A DNA stretch of 64,000 nucleotides from Octopus vulgaris. Lineage: Eukaryota. The position numbers and the translations under genes were made by a program. The notes under the pieces are model-generated. The model ran no database searches. It was given only the letters and a program-made list of their open reading frames with translations, and was not told where the DNA came from. Shown piece after piece: positions 53,767-64,000 of this stretch (positions are counted from its first letter, which is position 1; every line of letters starts with the position of its first letter). The DNA lies in assembly GCA_951406725.2 (NCBI GenBank), contig OX597833.1, positions 54,312,001-54,376,000 of the forward strand. Reading direction: 5' to 3'.

Positions 53767-54395
53767 CCATCATCATCATCGTTTAACGTCCGTTTTCCAT
53801 GCTGGCATGGGTTGGACAGTTCGACCGGGGTCTGGGAAGCCAGGAGGCTGCACTGGGCTCCAGTCTGATCTGGCAGTGTTTCTACAGCTGGATGCCCTTC
53901 CTAACGCCAACCACTCTGTGAGTGTAGTGGGTGCTTTTTACGTGCCACCAGTACAGGGGCCAGAGGAGGCTGGCAATGACCATGATTGATTGGTGCTTTT
54001 TACGTGACACCGGCATGGAAGCCAATCAAGGTGGCACTGGTATCAGCCACATTTGGATGGTGCTTCTTATGTGCCACTGGCATGGGGATCACAACTGCAA
54101 TTTCCATTTGATTTTCATTTTGATCTTGATGTACTTGACTCAATAGGTCTTCTGAAGCACAGCAGGTCGCCCTACGATCCAAGGTACTTTTGAATGGGCT
54201 GGGGGCTGGTTATGAAACACTGGTGTAGGATACAGCTGTGAACTCACTTTATTTACCAGGTCTTCGCAGTTACAGCATAACTCCTCTCAGTCTTTTCGTC
54301 ATTGCCTCTGTGAGGCCCAACGTTCAAAGGTCATGCTTGACCGCTTCATCCCATGTCTTCCTGGTCTACCTCTACTCTGGATTCCTTCAACTGTC
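53700..54395 (-). mobile_element. RTE LINE 3' fragment with (GAT/GGT)n tail; resumes at 54912-54947 after nested insertions
   Basis: Colinear with 29907-30460; broken at ttccttcaactgt and continued by gggagtggcacttcttcacac. Confidence 0.85.
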
Positions 54396-54478
54396 TGTGG
54401 AGAGTCATTTTCTTTTCGTGCCTTATTATTTAACACACTCACCGGTAAAATTTCCACTTATTTCTTATTTTTATTTTC

Positions 54479-54515
54479 TTAAAATTTTCGTTGCGTCTTG
54501 CAACCTTTTCAATAG
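54479..54515 (-). ncRNA. Minimal hammerhead-like motif with U3-A8 core
   Basis: cta TTGAAAA g gttgc-aagac-gcaac GAA aatt T taa. Confidence 0.6.
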
Positions 54516-54596
54516 TTTTGGCTCTTGCAAGTTTGACTCTTAAAGAATCTTGCAAACTAAATCCCAAAACAATATATGTATATATATATTTTTATT

Positions 54597-54786
54597 GATT
54601 CGCTAGCTTCTGCACGCATTTTTTTTCTCTCCTTGTTTCTTTTCTGTGTATCTTTCTGTTGAAGAGCTTAGGCTCGAAACGTAAAAGACTTGTTTTATTT
54701 ATATTCCTGATCGCCATACTAATACAATTGTTTGTTTATATTCCACCTGCCTTCGTCTTTTGTTTATTTTCATAAAGCTTCCCGTT
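54597..54786 (+). mobile_element. TA-flanked CUGU-NGA hammerhead element, motif 54651-54688
   Basis: tcttt CTGTTGA a gagc-ttag-gctc GAA acgt A aaaga. Confidence 0.75.
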
Positions 54787-55113
54787 ATATATATTTATAT
54801 TTATATTATATATATTATTATATATATATGTACATACATACATATATACATATATCACCATCTATGTATGCATTCATATATATGTGTGTATGTATGTACG
54901 TATGTATGTTTGGGAGTGGCACTTCTTCACACATCTCTCCTCACCCATTCTTTGTGCTTGCATGGGTTGGATAGTTTGACAGAAGCTGGCAAGCTGGAGG
55001 CACCAGTTGTCTGTCTTGATATGGCTTCTACAGCTAGATGCTCTTCCTAAATGCCAACCACTTCACAGAGTATACCGGGTGCTTTAACATGGTACCGATG
55101 CATGTGTGTGTGA

Positions 55114-55195
<82 letters not shown>

Positions 55196-55558
55196 GTATA
55201 TATGTATATATATATATATGTATATATGTATATATATATATATGTATGTATATATGTATATATATATATGTATATATGTATATATATATATATGTATGTA
55301 TATATGTATGTATATATATATGTATGTATATATATATGTATATATATATATGTATGTATATATATATATATGTATGTATATATATATATGTATATATATA
55401 TAAAAAAAGGAAATGAAGAAAATGCTGACAAAATAATTTAAGTAAGGGAGAGTGTATTTAATTAGGTGACAGTTCTTTTTACCGGTTGCGCATTTGCTAT
55501 GCTTATCAAAAGATATTTTTTTAAGAGAGATAGAGTTCCTTTCTGATAGATTTTTTTC

Positions 55559-55610
<52 letters not shown>

Positions 55611-55614
55611 TATA

Positions 55615-55699
55615 CTTTATTTAAAGCAGCAGAAAATTCTACAAATCCTGTTACTCAGAGTAACAGGTTTTGTAGAATTTTCTGCTGCTTTCAATAAAG
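55615..55699. repeat. Hairpin with ~42-bp arms in a TA-flanked element homologous to 49551-49630
   Basis: ctttatttaaagcagcagaaaattctacaaatcctgttactc A gagtaacaggttttgtagaattttctgctgctttcaataaag. Confidence 0.88.
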
Positions 55700-56053
55700 C
55701 ACATTACTCTACCACTGGTATTTGAGTACTCTTTTTTTCTACCTTGTTTCACATTTATGTGTTTACTCCATATATATATATATATATATATGTATGTACA
55801 TATATGCATACATATTTATGATGAGGATAATGATGGTCATGATGATGGTGGTGATGATGACAATGATCATGATGTTGAAGATGATGATGATGAGGAAGAG
55901 GAGGAGGGGAGGAAGAGGAGGAGAAGGAGGAGGAGGAAGCGGAGGAGAAGGACAGTGATAATGAGGATAGCAGTGACAATTGCACTGGTGACAAGAACTA
56001 TGAAAATGAAGATGACGATGATGATGACGATGATAATGATGATTATGCATACA

Positions 56054-56101
<48 letters not shown>

Positions 56102-56185
56102 CACATATATATATATATGTACATATATATATATGTATGCATGCATATATACTTATATGTAATTGTACATATATGTGTATATATA

Positions 56186-56216
<31 letters not shown>

Positions 56217-56259
56217 GTAATTGTACATATACATATATATATATATACATATATATAAT

Positions 56260-56393
<134 letters not shown>

Positions 56394-56400
56394 TTATATG

Positions 56401-56475
<75 letters not shown>

Positions 56476-56689
56476 ATATATATATACATGTATGTATATG
56501 TATGTATGCATGCTGTTCGAGCCTACACATGAATGCAGCATATTTTCGCTGGTATCTGCAGAGTCAGTCAGTAATGAACAACAATGGACAACATGGAGAA
56601 ACTTGCATTGCTGTAAATTGATAATTATGGTTCTGTGTCTCATTACTTTAATACTATTAGTTTATTGTACCTTAGCAAAGACTCAGCAA

Positions 56690-57012
56690 TATCATTATCA
56701 CCAGCATGACTGCTGCTGGTGCTGACAACATCACCATCTTTACCATCAGTATCAGTAACAGCACCAGCACCACCATTGCCATCATCATCATCATCATCAT
56801 TATCATCATCATCATTATCATCATCATCATCGTTATCATCGTTATCATCATCATCGTTATCATCATCATCATCATCATCATCATCATTATCATCATCATC
56901 ATTCATCATCATCATCATGTTATCATCATCATCATCACATCATTATCATCATCATCATCATCACATCATTGCTGTCATCGTTATCATCATCATCGTTATC
57001 ATCATCATCGTT

Positions 57013-57048
<36 letters not shown>

Positions 57049-57173
57049 GCATCATTATCATCATCATCATCGCTGTCATCGTCATCATCCTTGTCACCAG
57101 CGCAACTGTCACTGCCATCATCATCATCATCATTATCATCAGCATCAATGCCACCGCCACCATCACTACTGCC

Positions 57174-57212
<39 letters not shown>

Positions 57213-57496
57213 CTCATCATCATCATCGTCGTCATCATTGTTGTCATCATCGTTGTTGTCGTCGTCGTCGTTGTCATCCTCCTCCCCCGCATCATCATCT
57301 TCAACAACATGATCATCATCATCAGCATTGTCATCATCACGATCACAACCATCATCATTGTCATCATTATCATCATCATCCTCCTCTTCATCATCATCAA
57401 CATCATCATCAACATCATCATTCCTGTCATCAGTGCAATTGTCACAGCTATCATCATCATCAACATCATATCTATTACTGTCTACATCTCTATCAT

Positions 57497-57537
<41 letters not shown>

Positions 57538-57810
57538 CCACCACCACCACCACCACCACCATTGTCACTACATAATTATCATGATTATTCCTGCTGCAAC
57601 TTCTCCGTTCACGCCCCATCCCCCACCCCCACTACCATCACCACCACCACCACCACCACCACCATCACCTAAAGCTCTCCCCACCACTTCTCATCGCTGC
57701 CACCGTCCCCCATTACCATCATCTAATTATCATTATTATGATCACCGTCACCACTAACAACGGAGCTACCACCATTATCTGTACCAAATAATCACCTTCA
57801 TTATCACCAA

Positions 57811-57843
<33 letters not shown>

Positions 57844-57887
57844 CTCTTCTTCTTCTTCTACTACCACTTCTACCCCCACCACCACCT

Positions 57888-57924
<37 letters not shown>

Positions 57925-59020
57925 AACTACAGCTACAACCACATCACTTCTACCTCCACCTCCACCACCACCACCACTACTACTAGCAACACTACCACCA
58001 CCAAAACCACCACCACTACCACCTCCACTGCCACCACTTCTATTACTACTACTACAACTACTACTACTACTACTACCTACTACTATAACTATTGCTACTA
58101 CTCTACTACAGCTACAACCGCCATGACCACCACCACCACTACCACTATGATTACTACTACTACCACCTCCACCATGACCACCACGACCACCACCACATCC
58201 ACTACCACCACCACCACTACTACTACTACAACCACCACTACCACCACCACCACCACCACCACCACTACTACTACTGTCTTCATTATCATGAAAGCTGTCA
58301 TTATTAACACTGCTACACCATTTTAACCATCACCTTCAACACATGATCATTTCCATCGTCGTCGCCACTGCCGCCTCCTCTACCAGCGCTACTATCATCA
58401 TCTTCATTGCTGTCATCATCATCGTCGTCATCATCATCATCGTTGTCGTCGTCATCATTCATCATTGCTGTCATAATTATCATCGTTGTCTGTCGTCAAT
58501 AATCATCATTGTCAATGCCACCACCACCATCATCATCATCATCATCGTTATCATCATCATTATCATTGCCATTGTCACCATTGTCATGATCATCTGTTAC
58601 TATTTCCATAATCAGCATCATTATTATCATTGTCATCATCATCATCGTCATCATCATCATCATCTTCTTCATCACCATCATCGTCATCATCACCATCATC
58701 ATCATCATCATTGTCATTGTTATCATGGTCGTGATCATCATCGCCATCATCGTCATCATCATCATCATCGTTGTCATTGTTATCATGATCATCATCACCA
58801 TCATCATTATAATCATCGTCATAGTCATAATCATCATCATAGTCATAATCATCATCATTGTCATAATCGTCATCATCATCATCATCATCACCACCACAAC
58901 CACCATCATCATCATCATCATCATTATCACCATCATCGTCATCGTCATCATCATCATCATCATTGTCATTGTTATCATGATCATCATCACCATCATCATT
59001 ATAATCATCATCATAGTCAT

Positions 59021-59061
<41 letters not shown>

Positions 59062-59092
59062 CCACCACCATCATCATCATCATCACCACCAC

Positions 59093-59132
<40 letters not shown>

Positions 59133-60270
59133 TTCATCACCATCATCACCATCATCGTCATCATCATCATCATCATCATCATCATTGTCATAGTTATCAT
59201 GATCACGATCATCATCGCCATCATCGTCTTCACCATCCTCTTCTTCATCATCATCATTATCATCTTTGTCGCCGTTGTCGTGATCACCATCATTGTCGTC
59301 GTTGTCCCCATCCATCAATCTCATCATCATCATCACCATCATCATCATCGTCGTCGTCATCATCATCATCATCATCACTATTACCACCACAAACACCATC
59401 ACTAACATCATCACTCTCACCATCCCCACTACTTGCCCTCGTTATTGTCCTCATCCTCATTAACATAATTGTCGTGCTCATCTGTGTCATTAGTCTCATC
59501 AGCATTATTATAATTATCATAATTATCAGCAACAGCATCATTAACAACATTACTGACAGCAACTGACAAAAACGAATGAAGGAGCCTCCTTGGGTGGCTT
59601 GAAACCATAGTCAAATCACCCTCAATTTCCCCTTTGTAATCTTTCATACACACACACACACACAAAAAGGCACATTGCATAATGTAATCCTAGATACATT
59701 GTGCTTTGATAAAAAATGGGATGGACAATAGTGGAGTGCTTTTGATCACAGGTCTATTTAATGAGCTTTGCCTTTAAGGGTTAAAAACATCATTATCATC
59801 ATCATCATCTTCATCATCATAAACACCGTCTTCATTATCAACATTATCATCATCTACTTCATCATCATCATCATTGTCGTTGTCATTGTCATCATCGTTG
59901 TCATCGTCGTCGTCATCATCATCTTCATCATCATCTTCAACACCATCATCATCATCATCATTATCGTCGTCATGTCATCGTCGTCCTCCTCATCATCATC
60001 TTCATCCTCAACGTAATCATCATTGTCATCATCTTCATCCTCAACGCAATCATCATTGTCGTCATCACCATTGTAATTGCTGACATCATCATCGTCATCC
60101 TCATCATCATCATCAACACCGTCATCTTCATTATCATTTTCATTGTTGTTGCTTTTATCATCATCATCATCATCATTATCACCACCATCATCATTATCAT
60201 CATCATCATCACCATCATTTTCTCCATTAACACTTTCATAGCCATCATCATCATCATCATCATCATTGCC
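56690..60270. repeat. ~3.5-kb mosaic trinucleotide region (ATC/GTC/ACC/ACT) with internal block duplications
   Basis: Directly visible; gives poly-His/Ile/Ser/Asp/Met ORFs in several frames. Confidence 0.95.
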
Positions 60271-61068
60271 ATCATTATTGACATAGCGGGTTGACAAAGA
60301 AACAGTGATGATGCAAGGCAGAGAAAGCAGTTTAAGTTTTGCTGAGGACATGTCAACCCTTCTAATGCTGGTGCCACAATAAAATGCACCCACCACTCTC
60401 TGTGCAATAGTTGCTGTTCAGAAGGGCATCAAGCCATTGAAACCATGTGGATGCATTTAATGTTGTCCTTGCATTTATAAGTGTAGAAAGAAATAACCAC
60501 AAGGTAAGACAAAAACACATTAAGCTCAATGATTTTTTTTCTAAGTTCAACAAGGCAAACAAATCTGTCTATAATCACGATTGTTATCTTCGTCATCATG
60601 ATCATTATCATTATCATCATCTTTGTCATCATTCCTGTCACCATCACCGTCATCATCACCACCACCACCACCACCACCATTACTCTCTCCAGCTTTATCC
60701 TTAGTTCCATCGCAACATAGTTCTCATTATTATTCCTGCAACAATTTTTTTCCAGTATGTATGTATGCATGTAGGCATACATACACAACTGATTTATAAA
60801 AACATACAAGTTACACACACACACACATAAGCACACACACGCATAAACACACACAAACACACACATACATATACATATATATCTCTCCACACACAGACGA
60901 ACACACCACACTTACACATACATACAGATACATATATGTATATATATACATACATACATATATATATATATATAGTGTAATAAATAAAATATATGCATAC
61001 ATACAAACATATATGTACGTACCTATGTCTACATGTATATATACATGCATATATAAATATATATACGT

Positions 61069-61539
61069 GAGTACAGGACACCACAACTAGACGTAGAACT
61101 TAACGAGAAACGAAAACGGAAAAGCCATTTTTTACAACAGAAAAACAGAGACATGGAACTGGACAAGAAACAAAAACGGGAAAGACATTTTTTTACAACA
61201 GAAAAACAGAGTACAGGACATACTACACAAGGAAAAATCCCCAATCATCAGCTGTCCCTAGTTAGACTCAAGCGTGTTTCAAAGGCAAAACAGGACACGA
61301 CTCGTCAAAACTAGGCCTTCCTGTGAGAGAATTAAAATAAAATTATCTCGCAGAGGGGTAAAAACAAGCAAGAAAATAATGTAACACAAACAGGACGTAA
61401 CAATAAAACGCCTAGTTTTGACGAGTCGTGTCCTGTCTTGCCTTTGATACAGGCTTGAGTCTAACTAGCGACAACTGATGATTGGGGATTTTTCCTTGTG
61501 TAGTATGTCCTGTACTCTGTTTTTCTGTTGTAAAAAAAT
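61069..61539. mobile_element. TA-adjacent fold-back element, ~130-bp arms
   Basis: Arms 61187-61316 / 61410-61539; contain TTGACGA, GAAAC and CTGATGA words. Confidence 0.8.
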
Positions 61540-61595
61540 TCTAGTCTTAGGTATTCGTCGTGTGTGAAAATAAAAACTTTTCACTTTTTACTTTT

Positions 61596-61641
<46 letters not shown>

Positions 61642-62773
61642 GTTTTGAAGTTTGGCACAAGGCCAACAATTTAGTGGGTTAGTCAGTTTCATCTTGTACT
61701 TATTTTATCAACCCCCAAAAATGAAAGGCAAAATCGACCTTGGCAGAGTTTGAACTTAGAATGTGAAAAAAAGGACAAAATATGCCCAACATGGTAACAA
61801 TTCTACCCACTCATTATACCTCTATACATATATTAAACACTGTAAACGTTTAACATTTATGAAGATTTTAATTAAAAAGAGAAAGAAAGATGTACCCTTT
61901 AACTATTTCTCTACTTCACCAGGGAATGATTTTAACTCCGCTCTAAGTGATTTTGACATGTGTTGCCTCTACTGTTCATTACAAACCAATAGAGTTAAAT
62001 TGTTAAACCTTTCACTTGTTTCTTCCATATTAAATATGTAGGATGTTCTGTATTGATTGAAGAGAATTTAATTAAACTTTCTACAGACTCATGTATCTAT
62101 ATGCCTGTTTGTTGTTATGAATGTGTATGCTGCATGTCTGTTGCGCATGTGTACAAGTGTGCGCATCTTTGCTATGTATGCGTCCTTCAGACACAGCTAT
62201 CTTCAATGAAGCATAGACTCCACTATATTCACCAAAGAAGAGATGAGAGAATCACTAAGTAGATGTAAAAAGGTTGTAACAGGAGTAGGTGTGAAATATT
62301 AGCATATTTAAAAACATTAACCATTGAGATTTATTACCCATGGTAGCCATCTGCAGAGAAAAACAACAGTCACATTAGTATTGATGTATTTAATACAGTG
62401 ACCATCAAAAATCTAATCAGAAATTTATTTATAATTAAATTTTCTTTCTTTGGTGGTGTCTGACAATATTTTCTTAGTTCTCTGTCTTTTCTAACACGTT
62501 ATCTTTGGTCTTTCTATTCTGTCCATAATATTCTCAAAAGTTTTCGGTAGATACAGACAAAGCTTAAGGCGCAAACAGGGCTCAGTATAAAGGAATAAGG
62601 TTAATTCCTATAAATGGGTTTAATATAATAAATAGATAGAAAATTAATAACCTTATCTGTAAATTTTATTCGTTAGTTATCCAGTGAAGTCATCAACAAT
62701 TGTATATAGCATTAATTACAAAGATTTTTCAATTATTATAATAAAGTTAATTCCTATAAAAGCGTTTGATATA

Positions 62774-63021
62774 CAGGGTGTTCAAAAAGTTTCTCCGCAG
62801 TAAGTATTTTTTTTTGCAAAATAAATATTTATAAGGTGATGTAGGAAGTATATGCTGTAGCTCCATCTTGCTGAAAGTATGCATTATTACTTTCCCTTTC
62901 AGTGAGTTGGCCTACAAATGGATGGACAATATTTGAGCAATATCTCTCAGTGTTGATGGTGTCTTCAAAAAAATGTACAGGATGAAAAACTTCACTGCCG
63001 AGGGACTTTTTGAACGCCTTA
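62774..63021. mobile_element. Tc1/mariner-type MITE
   Basis: TA|cagggtgttcaaaaagtttctccgcagt ... actgccgagggactttttgaacgcctta|TA. Confidence 0.8.
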
Positions 63022-63046
63022 TATTAAATGAATAGGTAATTAATTA

Positions 63047-63072
63047 TCCATACATATAAAGCTGAAGCTGTC

Positions 63073-63104
<32 letters not shown>

Positions 63105-63504
63105 GCAGGTTTGGTAGCCTTCAACTAACACTATCTCCTCCGAGACCCTGTGGCACAAGTTGACCAAAATTGAGAGTATGATAGAAGGCTTGCTCTTCAT
63201 TCCATAGAAGAAAAAAATTCAAATCGGACCATGTTAAGATCAAAAATTATTTACATAAAAAAGGTGCTTTTTTTCTATGAAAATCCCTATTTTTTACGAT
63301 TTTTTGACTGCTGTGTCACCATTTTACGGTGCATTTCAACCAGAAAAATGTTTACTTGAAGAGAATAATAAACTACATAATGCAAAATTTTTACTTTTCA
63401 AAAAAGATTGAAACTATGTCAAAACTTTGTTAATGTGACATCAAAGTCTGCTGTTTTAAGCGCTACTAAAAACAAACCTGAGCAATGCCGGGCTATACTG
63501 CTAG
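63047..63504 (+). mobile_element. Non-autonomous Helitron
   Basis: A|TCcatacatataaag 5' end; acaaacctgagcaatgccgggctatactg-CTAG|T 3' end. Confidence 0.88.
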
Positions 63505-64000
63505 TTAAGCTGTAAAGGATCAAAGTTTCTATTAATTATAACATTCATTCCAATAGTTTTTATTCCTTAATCATCCAGCAATGTCATCAATAATTGTATA
63601 TAAAAACGCTCATTTTTGGGGGTTAGTTTTTTTAAGATTATTTTTTCATGTAGATTTCAAATTGTCAAAAGATACAGAATTAGCATGGCATTTTTTATTC
63701 TTTATTTGGATTCCATCATTGATAACCTGTGAAGTCTTCAATAATTAAATGTCTTTTCTTAAATACTTTTATATTCTATTTTTTTTTCGGGGGGGGGGGG
63801 CTATTTTTAGTTTTAGTTTTAGTTTCATAAAATAAATTAGTTATTCAACGATATCGCTATCGATGAACGAATGACTGTCTTAAGATGAATTTAATTTAGG
63901 CATTTCTTTTTCTTAGCATTTATTAACTGCTAAAATTTTTCAGATGTTCAGTTGGAATTTCACCAATTTCAGTTTCCTTGATAATGTTGTGTTGACATAT

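Noticed and set aside
56706-60407. Long ORFs up to 407 aa (poly-His/Ile/Ser/Asp/Met)
   Set aside because: ATC-type repeats are open in several frames on both strands; there is no domain or splice structure.

Overview
AT-rich, repeat-saturated eukaryotic non-coding DNA with no supportable host protein-coding exon. The SINE families and the (TA)n/(ATC)n/(TAA)n/(TAGA)n load look like an octopus (coleoid cephalopod) intron or intergenic region; this assignment is inference. Nearly all ORFs in the track are microsatellite artefacts. Real protein remnants are all transposon-derived: a decayed Helitron Rep/PIF1-helicase, three R4/Dong-like endonuclease tails inside (TAA)n, several RTE-type LINE 3' ends, a Tc1/mariner C-terminus and a Penelope-like (Neptune-type) linker not shown in the ORF track. 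The most interesting signal is at the RNA level. About 15 short (150-450 bp) elements, mostly embedded in (TA)n tracts and from many unrelated sequence families, carry type I hammerhead-ribozyme folds, usually minimal with a palindromic stem III. Their cores show all of C3-G8, G3-C8 and U3-A8, a conserved A6U family and often an extra purine after A9. Many elements are fold-backs whose axis lies at or next to the ribozyme. This suggests a diverse family of TA-targeting, non-autonomous Penelope/retrozyme-like elements. All folds were read by eye and catalytic activity is untested.
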